From: a virus
Lineage: Duplodnaviria; Caudoviricetes
Virus record (IMG/VR): IMGVR_UViG_3300020049_005939
Coordinates: 10,891 to 74,890 of that record
DNA length: 64,000 nucleotides
Direction: 5' to 3' (one strand)
Shown here: positions 19,029-29,203 of the stretch, one piece after another
Layout of the letters: each line of letters starts with the position of its first letter
Numbering within the stretch: position 1 is the stretch's first letter
Made by a program: the position numbers and the translations under genes
The notes under the pieces: model-generated
What the model saw: only the letters and a program-made list of their open reading frames with translations
The model's database searches: none
What the model was told of the DNA's origin: nothing

Positions 19029-20126
19029 TTATCCGCCGCCGTATGCTTTACGGTCTAGTTCGTTTTGTCGTTCTTGCCACGCTTGTTGATCTGCGGCTCT
19101 TTGGGCAGCGGCAGCGTTAGATGCTTCTCCCGCTGTTTTAGTAGCACTAGCTGCGTTCTGTTGTCCAACAAACCCAGCCCCAGCGCCAGCAGCAGATCCA
19201 ACTCCTGATCCAATGTTAGACCACATCTGACCAGTTTGAGCAGCTCTTTGTTGTGCAACATTAGCGGATTGATTTAATGCCCCAGCTAATGCCCCACCGC
19301 GTGCTAATTGGCTTTCCCAGTTCATTTGCTGACCTTGCATTTGTCTAGCTTTTTCGGAATTTTGAGCTTGGGTATTACGATTCATAATATCTTGAAGATT
19401 AGTTAAATTAAATTGTTGAGCTTGATTTTTAGCTCCAACATTTCTTGACTGAACTCCAAGTTGATTTTGTACATCAAACTTTCTAAATTCGTCAGCAGCG
19501 CCTTCGCGAGCCTTGTTAATATCAAATTCTTGTCCTCGGATTTGACTACCAAGAGTACCAGAAGCTTGTAAAGCCTGTAAAGCTCTTTGTGAAGCTTGTG
19601 CTCCGATTGTGTCGGATTGTTCCGAAGCTTGTTGAGCGCCAGCTTGTGCATTAGACAACTGTGCAGCTAGGTCAGCCCCAGATCCACCAATACCACGGGC
19701 TTGCATGTTTTGTTGAATTTGAGCAGATTTAGCTTGCATGTCTTGCTGCACTCTAGATCTAATTTGATTTAGTGCTGCGCGATCTTCGGGACCTAGACCA
19801 GTCACTCCGCGTTTACTAATAAGATCCAAAGCTTTCATCTGAGCTTCTCGTAAAGCTGGATCTTCTTTAATCTGTGATACTCTAGATACACCAGCATCGA
19901 TATTTTGTTCTAATTCTGGTGTAAGAATACCCGCTTGTCTATATTCATTAAGAATAATTTGTTTAGACAAATCAGGAGGAGCACCGACTGCTTCAATGCT
20001 TTTTAATGCTTTATCATTAGCAGCTTGTGCTTTCTTCCTGTCGGAAGCAGAAGACATGTTGCCAATAATTCCACCTAAAATTGGTGCTACAACTGCTGCG
20101 CCGATCAGCGCCCCGCCTAATGGCAT
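19029..20126 (-). CDS. ejection (DNA pilot) protein
   Basis: Gly/Ala hydrophobic N-terminus, Gln/Ala-rich coiled body, follows the GNAT-like gene. Confidence 0.6.
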   Translation of the reverse strand: MPLGGALIGAAVVAPILGGIIGNMSSASDRKKAQAANDKALKSIEAVGAPPDLSKQIILNEYRQAGILTPELEQNIDAGVSRVSQIKEDPALREAQMKALDLISKRGVTGLGPEDRAALNQIRSRVQQDMQAKSAQIQQNMQARGIGGSGADLAAQLSNAQAGAQQASEQSDTIGAQASQRALQALQASGTLGSQIRGQEFDINKAREGAADEFRKFDVQNQLGVQSRNVGAKNQAQQFNLTNLQDIMNRNTQAQNSEKARQMQGQQMNWESQLARGGALAGALNQSANVAQQRAAQTGQMWSNIGSGVGSAAGAGAGFVGQQNAASATKTAGEASNAAAAQRAADQQAWQERQNELDRKAYGGG

Positions 20127-20127
20127 A

Positions 20128-20517
20128 TTATACTAACCTTCCTAAATGATAATACTTCTCTGGAGCAGGGTTTAGTCCGACTTCCATGAATAAGTCTCGA
20201 AGAGAATCTCTTGGAGTAGAAGTGAGAATAATCTCAGCCCCTAATTGTTTTGCTTCTTTATCTAAAAAATCAATAAGTTCTTTTAAACTTTCTTTTCTAC
20301 TAACTTTATCCGAGTCAGGGTTGACCATAAGACCTTCAATCCAATACATCTTACTGTCGCCCATTTGAAACAAACAACCGAAAGCTTCGGGTTGCCCATT
20401 CTTTTCATTAACAAAACTTAAACTAGTTAACCAGCTAACTGGAGTAACGGGTAGCTCCCATTTCACTGCCCACGAAGCCAACATTGAGTGGTCTTGAGTT
20501 AAGAATGGTCTAATCAT
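20128..20517 (-). CDS. GNAT-fold virion assembly protein (T7 gp13 position)
   Basis: MIRPF start, W.EGLMVNP...LIDFL..EAK.LG; lies between ejection genes. Confidence 0.65.
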   Translation of the reverse strand: MIRPFLTQDHSMLASWAVKWELPVTPVSWLTSLSFVNEKNGQPEAFGCLFQMGDSKMYWIEGLMVNPDSDKVSRKESLKELIDFLDKEAKQLGAEIILTSTPRDSLRDLFMEVGLNPAPEKYYHLGRLV

Positions 20518-21890
20518 TATAACCCATCTCCATAGCCACGTTGAGCACCACGGTTGTAATGTGCAGCGATATCTCCAGCTCCAAACCTATTAAACTGATC
20601 CATATTAAACCCTAATGTACCAGATTTATACGCTTGGTAAGAATCTAGAGGGTTAGTAAATTCTTGAGTTCCGCCACCCAATCTAGCTAAAGCATTTAAT
20701 TGTGCTCTTTGTAATTGATTAGAAAGTCCGCCCCGGTTAATATTTTGAGCTTCAGATGCGCTAAATCCACCTAAAACACTTTGTCCTAAAGCATTTAAAT
20801 CGATAGCATTAATTTTATCTTTAGCTTGTTTAAACTCTAGGTTAGCGTAACGAGCATCTTCCATTCTTTTTTGAATTTCTTGATACCCAGGATTATTAGG
20901 ACCAATTCCGCGTTTTTTTAATCCCTCTAGTTGGTCCCAGTAATTACGGGCGTTATTTTCAGAGTCGGTAATTTTTTGATCGATACCAGAAGTCCCCATT
21001 TTTTTAAATCCAGAGACTAAATTGTAATTACCTCTTAAAGTTGAAATTTGGTTTGGATCTATTAAACCGGACTGAGCGGCAGCATTGATTGCGCCCAATA
21101 CATCCCCACCTTTAACTTGAGCATCAATGTTAGCCCAAGCGTTTGCTCTAGCGTCTTCTTGCTGCTTAGCTGTTTGCATTCTAGTGTTAATGTATTGGTT
21201 TAATGGGTTTTCAATACCACTAATACCGCCAACTACTTCTTTTCTAAACTGTTCACCAGTGTCAGCGTAGTGACCGCCTAAGGCGCTTGCTTGCTGTTCA
21301 GCAGCTCCGACCTTAGCATCAAGTCCAATGGTTTGTCTTCGAGCTTGTGCTAATTGATTACTTTTATCTTGATTTAAAAGCGTGGAGTCAAAACTTTTAA
21401 GTCCTTGATTGTAACCTTGGTTTCCACCAACATACCTGCTCAATAAATTTTGACGACCACCAGAGCTAGTGGTTTGTTGTCCAAGATTTTCAGCTTCTTG
21501 AGCGGTACCCCGAAGTTGGTTCACGTTAGCAACAGCACCAAGATTTAAAGGTCCTTTATAACCACCTCTAAATACACCAAACTTTTGCTCAGCATCACCC
21601 ATTTCTTGTTCATTTAGAAGATTTCCACTTCCAATACGACTCAAGACGTTCTGAGAAATCTGTTTATTAGCATCGGTGGCTACGTTACTTTTAGTGGCCT
21701 GCTCATTAAACTGGGTTCCAGCTTGTTGAGTTTGTTGCTTATTTTGTTGAGCTTGACCAGAAATGTTACCACCAATAGTGGACGCAAGTCTATTCTGTTT
21801 ATTAGCGTCTAAAATACGTTGAACATTAGTAAATCCGGTGCCTTGTTTGGACTTAGGATTGACTTGATTTGGTTGGATTATATCGGCCAT
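20517..21890 (-). CDS. internal virion/ejection protein
   Basis: Gln/Asn/Gly-rich; has its own late promoter motif upstream. Confidence 0.55.
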   Translation of the reverse strand: MADIIQPNQVNPKSKQGTGFTNVQRILDANKQNRLASTIGGNISGQAQQNKQQTQQAGTQFNEQATKSNVATDANKQISQNVLSRIGSGNLLNEQEMGDAEQKFGVFRGGYKGPLNLGAVANVNQLRGTAQEAENLGQQTTSSGGRQNLLSRYVGGNQGYNQGLKSFDSTLLNQDKSNQLAQARRQTIGLDAKVGAAEQQASALGGHYADTGEQFRKEVVGGISGIENPLNQYINTRMQTAKQQEDARANAWANIDAQVKGGDVLGAINAAAQSGLIDPNQISTLRGNYNLVSGFKKMGTSGIDQKITDSENNARNYWDQLEGLKKRGIGPNNPGYQEIQKRMEDARYANLEFKQAKDKINAIDLNALGQSVLGGFSASEAQNINRGGLSNQLQRAQLNALARLGGGTQEFTNPLDSYQAYKSGTLGFNMDQFNRFGAGDIAAHYNRGAQRGYGDGL

Positions 21891-21912
21891 TAAAAATCCC
21901 TATTATATACTT

Positions 21913-21923
21913 ATAGTTGTTAA
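21913..21923 (-). promoter_or_regulatory. late promoter motif TTAACAACTAT
   Basis: One of 7 intergenic copies upstream of virion/lysis genes. Confidence 0.65.
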
Positions 21924-21924
21924 A

Positions 21925-22338
21925 CTAACCCCAAGCTATTACTTTTATTCTATAATTCGTATTAGCTGTTAAACCCTTTATATTGTTGATTAAAACGTCA
22001 TTATTGTTCTTATCGAAGCTAATACCGATACCACCAGGGGGGTAGGTCGTAGAGTTATCTAAGTTGTCAACTCTAATTACACTAAGCCCTTCCAGGGTAG
22101 TTTGGGTCGAATCTAAAGAAATTGAAGGCGAACCTTGGGGGGCACCATTGGCATCAACTCTAACATCAAAAGTTTTAACCGTAGCTGAAAAGTTATCCTT
22201 AAGTGTTAATTTTTTGTTAAGAGCATCAAAAAGACTTTCAATAGCAGAATTAATAGAAAACGATAGTTTTTCAACTAAAGGTTGAAAAGTAGAATCGTAA
22301 TCCTGCTTCATTAGTCTTTTAAAGCTACCAAGTTTCAT
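21925..22338 (-). CDS. tail-associated structural protein
   Basis: Directly after the nozzle; helical N-terminus and beta-rich C-terminus ending IIAWG. Confidence 0.5.
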   Translation of the reverse strand: MKLGSFKRLMKQDYDSTFQPLVEKLSFSINSAIESLFDALNKKLTLKDNFSATVKTFDVRVDANGAPQGSPSISLDSTQTTLEGLSVIRVDNLDNSTTYPPGGIGISFDKNNNDVLINNIKGLTANTNYRIKVIAWG

Positions 22339-25300
22339 TATCTGTAAGCCCTTGTCGAGATAGCCACATTACCCGTTACAGTAGCACCATACACTTCGTA
22401 TTTTTCTCTTGCAACTGAATGTCTCATTCCAAATAATAAATACCTACAACGGATCATATTTCTAGGAACTAAAGTTCTAAACGGTGCGCCATTTGACCCG
22501 CCACCGAAGAAATGTTCACCAAAATTTTGATGACCAAATATACCATTACCATCCCCTAAGAAATCAACAGACGCTTCGCTTGGGATTAAATCGCTGCTAT
22601 ATGTTGCTGTAGCTCTAGTGAAGGCTTTATTTGCAAACATAATAGTACTTTCGTATAATTGCTTATCGGAAAGAGCATCCTGCATTGTAATAGGGGAATA
22701 CTGGAATTCAGATTGAATAGCTTTATATATGGTAAATGCGCCTTGAATGTATTCTAATGTTAGATTTAATGTAATAGTTTTAGAAAATTTGTTAACACCA
22801 AATACAACCGCTTCTTGAATAGTGTCGTTTACATTAAGCATGTAATTCGAAAATCCAACCCCAAGATCAGCGTTTAATAGATTAATTAAATCATTAAAAT
22901 TGGAACGCATGTCGGAGAATGCCACTGACGTTGGTGATATAGCGGTGTATGTTGCGGCTAGAGTTGCTCCAGGTTGAGCTAGTCTTCCAGAGTCTAGAGA
23001 TATTTTTGTGATAAGAAGATCTAAGTTTGTATTTAGACTACCACCGGGAACCATTTTTAATATCGAGAAGTAGTTCGAATCAGATAGCAATCCATCAGTA
23101 TCGAGCTTCTTTAACAACATATTAAATTCGTAAATAGATAAGAATTGCTCTTGAACAATCGAATCACCTATTTCAATATTATCAACATCAGAAAGAATGA
23201 AGGTGTTACCTAGTAATGAATTCTGTCCTAGGGTTGAGTCGTATTGTCTATCAGCGTAGTCTAATCTTGTGAATGATTTACGTTCAATCTCTGCGTTATT
23301 GATATCGCCAGCTCCTAAGTAGAGCCGATCATTAGGGGGATTTATAATCCCACAAGTGTTACTCTTTGTGATAGTCGTCCAAGAATTAGTTAGATTGTTG
23401 TACCTATAAGCAATAGTCGCTCTGACATCATCAGTTTTACTTACAGTCCAAACTATATAAGAGTTATCAGACTGATATCCGATACCCCATGTGGATGTTC
23501 TAAAATTTGTGTAGTTAGAAGAACCTAGTTTTAGAATTTCAGTATCGATCACCCTTGAGATGGCCCCGCCCACACCAGCTTCGCTGAGTTTAATAATTCC
23601 CTGCGTGGTCCATCCGTACAACTCGTTGTTACAGACATCAACACTATCATCAGCAATAAGGATACAAGAATTATCGAATAAGCTCAATACCCAAGGAGAA
23701 GTTTCTCCCGAAATACGATACAGTCCATCAGTTTTAAATACGAATAAACTATCTCTAAGTGGGAATATTCTTAAAATAGGTTGATCTTCTGAGCCAACGT
23801 CTAGATAATTTAATAAAGGGACTGCTTCTGGTTGCTGGAATTTAGAATAGTAAATTCTATTTTGTTTCTGTTCATTCTCAGAAGTGGAAGCATTGGTTGT
23901 GTTAATCAAAGCACCAGCAGTACCGGAGACAGTGATAGGACTTCCGATTCTAAGTGTGGTAGGACTTAAAACCGTAACAGTCCACACTCCATCAATATTG
24001 GGAGTTGAATTGGAACCATCTATAATAATTTTATTACCAGAGACTAATCCATGTGCAGTTGATGTAGTGATGACCATTGTGGCCGCCGAACCTGTGGAAA
24101 TTGTGCTAATGACTACTTCTGGTGAAACGTCAGGATTGAAAGAAGATCCAGTGTTACTATTATTAGCGACCACATAAAAAGGATCAATACCTAAAACTCT
24201 TGCTTCAAAGAGAGCCTGACCAGGCACGCTTGTACTTGACGATAGATAAAATGCGTATGTTAGATCTGAAGGATTTCTATTAACCATCCGAACGAAGCTT
24301 CGCATAGTCTCATCTACGGCTCTAGCTGGAGAAGCTAGATCTGATAAAAGAACGTCTAAAGCTCCGACTGTGATTGTAGACACTGTAAATCCAGCATCCG
24401 ATACAACTTCCGTTACTGAAGTAGATGGTCCATAACCTACGTTATATAAACTGAAAGTTGCTCCAGTTCCTAGAGTACTAAAATGAGCAGAAGGAATGGC
24501 CGCTTTAACTAAGGTTGCTACGGCTGAAGCAGTCTCTCCGCCACCTATATTAATTTGAATACCAATTTTATTAGCTAAAGCTGGATCAGTAGAGGCTGAT
24601 TTTTTAAACCAAACATAATATTGATTTCGATCAAAAGCTGAATTTAATGTAAAATAATCACTGGTTCCAGCGGATACATACGCAGATCCAGCAACAACTG
24701 TAATATCAGTTTGTTGAGCACTTACTTTTTCCCCTGCTCCCGGTGTAACAGTTGAGAATGTGAATGGAGTAGTTTGATCGGAAATATTAGCGCAATCACC
24801 GAAGTCATTATTAGTTATAGTGACATCAGCAGTAGTTGGAGTACCAGTCGTAGCTGTAAAATCTTCGGACACTGCCCCAATATATGCAGCGGTCTTGGAG
24901 GCTACCTGAGCAGCGGTATCAGCAGCTAACACGTAGACTTGAATACCAGTTCTTCCAGATACAGCGGGGTCAGTATTACCACCTTCAACATTGTACCAAA
25001 CGTAATACTTATTTAAATCGTTTGCACTATTCAAGAAGAAATAATCCCCAGCACCACTAGCAGTAAGACTCGATGCTACCGTGGTAGTTACTCGACTTAC
25101 CTCTTGAACTCCAACAACAAATTTGTAGGTATTAGAAACAGTGCTATTGGCTATTGTAATAGTTGGAACAATACTCAAATTAAAATCAGCGATTAACTTA
25201 GACACACCCAACAGGTTGAGTTGTCTTCTGTGTCTAGTGGTTGTGTTGGCGTAGAAAATAACACTTTTGAATCTATTAATGTCCTTAGCCAAAGGAGGAA

Positions 25301-27104
25301 CGTCGTTGGCGCTTAGGATACCGTCACCGCTTTGGGGATTAGTATAAAGATTTGCGCCAGCGAATTCAGAAGGAGTCTGATCTTGGATGAGAACATGACC
25401 AGAATCTATATCCGATTGAGTGGGGTAAGCTTCATAAACCAATTGAAGTTCATCGCTAGGAACTATATCACTAAATGATGCTGCTCCAGTAGCAACCGCA
25501 ACTGGTGACCTATAGATTTGGTAGAAGTAATTAAGAGTTACTCCCTGAGGAATAGTGATATCTAAGTCCACAGTTGCGCTAGTCGTGGTTTCAATTGGTT
25601 GAATATATGCAACCGAATCAGCTTCAGTTAAATAAATAACTTTATTTATCAAAGCATCGGCAGCTACTGTTATAGCGCCGTTTCCGGCAGTCGTTGTGAA
25701 TGTTAGGGTTGTGGCAGTAAGGCCGGTTACAACTCGTATTCCATTTACTGTCCCAGAGACAGGGGTAAATCCCGATAGATCGATAGATTGACCAGTTCTT
25801 AGATAAACCCTAGGGTCACCGGACGAGAAGGTAATGGTAGCAACACCAGCAGCGACGCTACAAGCGGCAGCATCGATGTTTAAGAAAGTAGTACCTGGGT
25901 CATCAGCAATAAGAGTTTCCGTAGTTAAATTCTTTAATTCGGTCAAAATGCTGTCAAAATAATCTTGAAGAGCAACTAATTCAGCATCGGTAGAGGGGAT
26001 AGATGGAACTGCTGGTTGAGTAATAGCTCTAAACGCTCCGTATTGGATTAATCCTGAACCTGGGTTAACCGTAGCTCCGTAATTAGCTCCAGTAAAGCTA
26101 AAGCTTAAAGAGGTGTTGTCGGAGGTTAGGACGGTTTGAGCACCGTTAAAAGCATTCCCTGGGGCTGTAAAACCATCGATATAGATCTTAGTAGTTGCTG
26201 GAACAATTAATGAAGGGTTCCCTGATTCAAATGTGATGGTAACTACGTTAGATGTTAACGAATAGTTACCTCCCGCTCCAGTCAAATCGAGCACAGCGGA
26301 ACCCGAATCGTTGGCAATCAGAATATCTTTATCTATTTTCTCAGCTAGAGAAATCAAATTAGTTCTAATCTGAGCATCGGAAGAATCGATGGGTAAAAAC
26401 AACGAGGAAATGTAATTTCCATCATTAATCAAACTGCCAGTTCTTTGTGAAAGAATATCAAGTTTAGATAATAGATTATTAAAGTCTCGAATTAAAAGAC
26501 CCTGGAGTGGGTTATATATCTCAAGGCGTTGACTTGGAGTTCCTTGAATAAGAATATCATTATTGTCTTTAGTGTTCCAGAGAACTCTATAAGCAACTGC
26601 TCCATCTTGAGTGAGAAAGGATGATTTGCTACCAAGTTCAACATGTAGCTGACCAGTTAAGTCTAGAGCTTTAATCCCGCCAGCTTGGGTGATAAATCCA
26701 TCAGCAGTAGATAATTGATCGGCAGTCTTAGCTGATATTTTCTTAACACCATCTGAAGTGGTGAAATAAAGATTACCATTAGCTTCAATGTGTTTGATTC
26801 TAATGCCAGCTTCGGGTTCAGTGTAAGAACCAGCGAAAGTGCTCCACACCCCAGAGCCGTTGTCAAATATTAGTTTATCTTGGTAATGAGCAAGAATTCT
26901 CGCTCTATATGCTATGAGCTGCTTGGCTCTATCTGAAGACGATCCAAACGTATCGCCATAGACTTTAAATCCCCGTCTAGGCTCAATCACGTTGTCACGT
27001 CTGATTACAATATTAGCAGCTTTTCCTAGAGAACCATCTGGTAATTCTAGGTTGTTAGGAGAGGTAGTTAACCCTGCTGCTTTTAAATTGACAATACTTG
27101 GCAT
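22338..27104 (-). CDS. tail nozzle/DNA stabilisation protein with inserted repeated domains
   Basis: Follows the adaptor; N-terminus GL..SPN...P.GSL..A.N.VI..D.VIEPRRG; beta-rich; 1588 aa. Confidence 0.7.
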   Translation of the reverse strand: MPSIVNLKAAGLTTSPNNLELPDGSLGKAANIVIRRDNVIEPRRGFKVYGDTFGSSSDRAKQLIAYRARILAHYQDKLIFDNGSGVWSTFAGSYTEPEAGIRIKHIEANGNLYFTTSDGVKKISAKTADQLSTADGFITQAGGIKALDLTGQLHVELGSKSSFLTQDGAVAYRVLWNTKDNNDILIQGTPSQRLEIYNPLQGLLIRDFNNLLSKLDILSQRTGSLINDGNYISSLFLPIDSSDAQIRTNLISLAEKIDKDILIANDSGSAVLDLTGAGGNYSLTSNVVTITFESGNPSLIVPATTKIYIDGFTAPGNAFNGAQTVLTSDNTSLSFSFTGANYGATVNPGSGLIQYGAFRAITQPAVPSIPSTDAELVALQDYFDSILTELKNLTTETLIADDPGTTFLNIDAAACSVAAGVATITFSSGDPRVYLRTGQSIDLSGFTPVSGTVNGIRVVTGLTATTLTFTTTAGNGAITVAADALINKVIYLTEADSVAYIQPIETTTSATVDLDITIPQGVTLNYFYQIYRSPVAVATGAASFSDIVPSDELQLVYEAYPTQSDIDSGHVLIQDQTPSEFAGANLYTNPQSGDGILSANDVPPLAKDINRFKSVIFYANTTTRHRRQLNLLGVSKLIADFNLSIVPTITIANSTVSNTYKFVVGVQEVSRVTTTVASSLTASGAGDYFFLNSANDLNKYYVWYNVEGGNTDPAVSGRTGIQVYVLAADTAAQVASKTAAYIGAVSEDFTATTGTPTTADVTITNNDFGDCANISDQTTPFTFSTVTPGAGEKVSAQQTDITVVAGSAYVSAGTSDYFTLNSAFDRNQYYVWFKKSASTDPALANKIGIQINIGGGETASAVATLVKAAIPSAHFSTLGTGATFSLYNVGYGPSTSVTEVVSDAGFTVSTITVGALDVLLSDLASPARAVDETMRSFVRMVNRNPSDLTYAFYLSSSTSVPGQALFEARVLGIDPFYVVANNSNTGSSFNPDVSPEVVISTISTGSAATMVITTSTAHGLVSGNKIIIDGSNSTPNIDGVWTVTVLSPTTLRIGSPITVSGTAGALINTTNASTSENEQKQNRIYYSKFQQPEAVPLLNYLDVGSEDQPILRIFPLRDSLFVFKTDGLYRISGETSPWVLSLFDNSCILIADDSVDVCNNELYGWTTQGIIKLSEAGVGGAISRVIDTEILKLGSSNYTNFRTSTWGIGYQSDNSYIVWTVSKTDDVRATIAYRYNNLTNSWTTITKSNTCGIINPPNDRLYLGAGDINNAEIERKSFTRLDYADRQYDSTLGQNSLLGNTFILSDVDNIEIGDSIVQEQFLSIYEFNMLLKKLDTDGLLSDSNYFSILKMVPGGSLNTNLDLLITKISLDSGRLAQPGATLAATYTAISPTSVAFSDMRSNFNDLINLLNADLGVGFSNYMLNVNDTIQEAVVFGVNKFSKTITLNLTLEYIQGAFTIYKAIQSEFQYSPITMQDALSDKQLYESTIMFANKAFTRATATYSSDLIPSEASVDFLGDGNGIFGHQNFGEHFFGGGSNGAPFRTLVPRNMIRCRYLLFGMRHSVAREKYEVYGATVTGNVAISTRAYR

Positions 27105-27107
27105 ATA

Positions 27108-28334
27108 TTATAACCTGCGTCTGCCGCGCATACCGCCGTAACGAAGTACAGATTTTCTAGCTAGAACCTTCTGCCCACTTCCTTCGACGCGATTATCTAA
27201 TATAATACCTTGTCGTTGCTCCATTTCTTGAATTTTTTGATTACTAATACTAAGACCCGCTTGATCGCCTATAGAAGCTAATATACGGGCAGAAGTTCGT
27301 TCTGCCAATACGTTATGCAAATCGGTAGGAATTTGAGGGATAATACACTCCCCAGCTAAACAGATGTAATCTCCTACAACTAAATCAGTAGGAACATCAC
27401 TAGAATTAAATGAAATAATAGAAGCTGAGATTCCGCCAGCAGGAATGGTAATATCCATTGCTCTAGTTCTATGGCCGGGTTTAGTCTGTAAGAAATCTAT
27501 GACCGATCCATTTACAATGTTGGATGGGATACTAGCGAACTCAATTCCTTGGTCTGGATCTATAATTAACGACAAAGCATCGCTAGACACAAGCGTCAAG
27601 CTCAATGGTATGTACTTTATTGTTACAGTGTCAACGCTAGGAGAGCCGTTATCGGCTAACACAATCCCATTGTTACTGATAGCAGTCTTAAGGTTGGTTG
27701 CGGTGATAACTGAAGTAGCTCCAATTTCAAATTGATTTCCAGTCGGCGCTCCTGCAACAGCTTCAAAATCAATACCCTGTATAGTCAACTTGTCTCCAGG
27801 AAGGATGATAGCGTTGTCAACAGTAATATTTTTTGTAAAGTAGTTTATAGTTGCAGATCTAGTTTCTTCTACTAATAGATTAGGTCTTAAGAAGTAACTA
27901 AAAATCATGCTACCATTTGTTGCTGGAACACCGCTACCGGGAGTCAAGACTACATCATTTCCCTCTAGATAAAATCGCTTATAGGGTAGGTTTGAACCTG
28001 ACACCCCTTGAAAGTAAGCTTTATCTTCAGGAAAAATACGAACCATTTCAAATATATTTTGACCATCAAACCAAAATACATCCCTTAATTTCAATCCGAT
28101 TGCTCTCTCTGGGATAGGATAGCGAATTCGGTTTGGAGTCATGGGAACTGAAAGAGTAGTAACAAAGTATTCCTCATGATACAACATGACACTAGGAACT
28201 TGCGAAATTGTAAGTTCTTCGTTTAAGAAATCAATGATATCTTGAGCCGAAAACGTGTTTTGGCTAATAGGAAGAGAAATCTTCCGTTTAACAGCACTGA
28301 TCAAGTCTGATGTTGTATACCAAGGAACAATCAT
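27108..28334 (-). CDS. head-tail adaptor protein
   Basis: TTSDLISAVKRK...IIDFLNEE N-terminus; IP..LH..LA C-terminal motif. Confidence 0.7.
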   Translation of the reverse strand: MIVPWYTTSDLISAVKRKISLPISQNTFSAQDIIDFLNEELTISQVPSVMLYHEEYFVTTLSVPMTPNRIRYPIPERAIGLKLRDVFWFDGQNIFEMVRIFPEDKAYFQGVSGSNLPYKRFYLEGNDVVLTPGSGVPATNGSMIFSYFLRPNLLVEETRSATINYFTKNITVDNAIILPGDKLTIQGIDFEAVAGAPTGNQFEIGATSVITATNLKTAISNNGIVLADNGSPSVDTVTIKYIPLSLTLVSSDALSLIIDPDQGIEFASIPSNIVNGSVIDFLQTKPGHRTRAMDITIPAGGISASIISFNSSDVPTDLVVGDYICLAGECIIPQIPTDLHNVLAERTSARILASIGDQAGLSISNQKIQEMEQRQGIILDNRVEGSGQKVLARKSVLRYGGMRGRRRL

Positions 28335-28337
28335 TTA

Positions 28338-28742
28338 TTACGCCTTTTCGGACATTTTTTTCTTCATTGCCATCAATTTTTGAAGTTTTCGTTCAAGTTC
28401 TTCTGATGACATTTCTTCGTCTTCGGAGTCTTCTTCAGCTTCTTCACGATCCCAGCCGCCAGCCATCAAATCGTCGCCAACTTGATTACCATCTTCAGCA
28501 TCTTCGACCATTTCATCTTGTTCTTTAGAACTGATGATTTCTTTAGCTTTTTCTAAACCTTCTTCAAGTCCTTCTTTAGAGTCAGAAGCAACTGATACTT
28601 TTTTCATACCGTGAAGATTGTCAGTCATAGCATCTTCAGCCATTTTTTTCATATGACCTAGAACGCCTAGTTTTGCTTTTTTCTCAGCATCAGACATCTC
28701 TTTGCCTTTTTTCTTCGCCATCATTTCTTTCATTTTATCCAT
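28338..28742 (-). CDS. acidic low-complexity virion-associated protein
   Basis: E/D/K/M-rich, within the structural operon. Confidence 0.5.
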   Translation of the reverse strand: MDKMKEMMAKKKGKEMSDAEKKAKLGVLGHMKKMAEDAMTDNLHGMKKVSVASDSKEGLEEGLEKAKEIISSKEQDEMVEDAEDGNQVGDDLMAGGWDREEAEEDSEDEEMSSEELERKLQKLMAMKKKMSEKA

Positions 28743-28755
28743 TTTATATTCTTTC

Positions 28756-29202
28756 TTATTTAATTAGATTGTGGATTAGTAGACCTAATATACTAATGGT
28801 TTGCACAATCATCAAACCCATTAAACCTTTTGGTAATTTTGATTCTATCATCTGAACAACATTTGATCCAGTTGAAACTTCTTTAATTTCAATCTCTTTA
28901 ACAATAACTTGTTTTTCAATTTCTTTAATTTGAATTTCTTTAACTATAACAGGAACTTCTATTCTCACTATTTGGGTTTCTTTTATAATTACAGGTTTTT
29001 CAATTTCTTTAATTTCAATCTCTTTAACAATAACTTGAGTAGGAACTTCAACAACTTTAATCTCTTGTTGAGGAATCTCAGCTTTAATTGAAAGATTTTC
29101 TCCGCCAACTAAAATAACTCGTTGAGCATCATTTTCCTCATCAAATGTGTAAGTAGGAAGTTGCCCAGGATCAAGAGATGTGTATGAAATATTTTTAGCC
29201 AT
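28756..29202 (-). CDS. protein with V/I-K-E repeats and C-terminal TM
   Basis: VIVKEIEIKEIEK-type repeats; hydrophobic C-terminus. Confidence 0.55.
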   Translation of the reverse strand: MAKNISYTSLDPGQLPTYTFDEENDAQRVILVGGENLSIKAEIPQQEIKVVEVPTQVIVKEIEIKEIEKPVIIKETQIVRIEVPVIVKEIQIKEIEKQVIVKEIEIKEVSTGSNVVQMIESKLPKGLMGLMIVQTISILGLLIHNLIK

Positions 29203-29203
29203 C

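Noticed and set aside
22060-22072. TTGACAACTTAG resembling the late motif
   Set aside because: Inside a coding region and mismatched at a position invariant in the seven intergenic copies.
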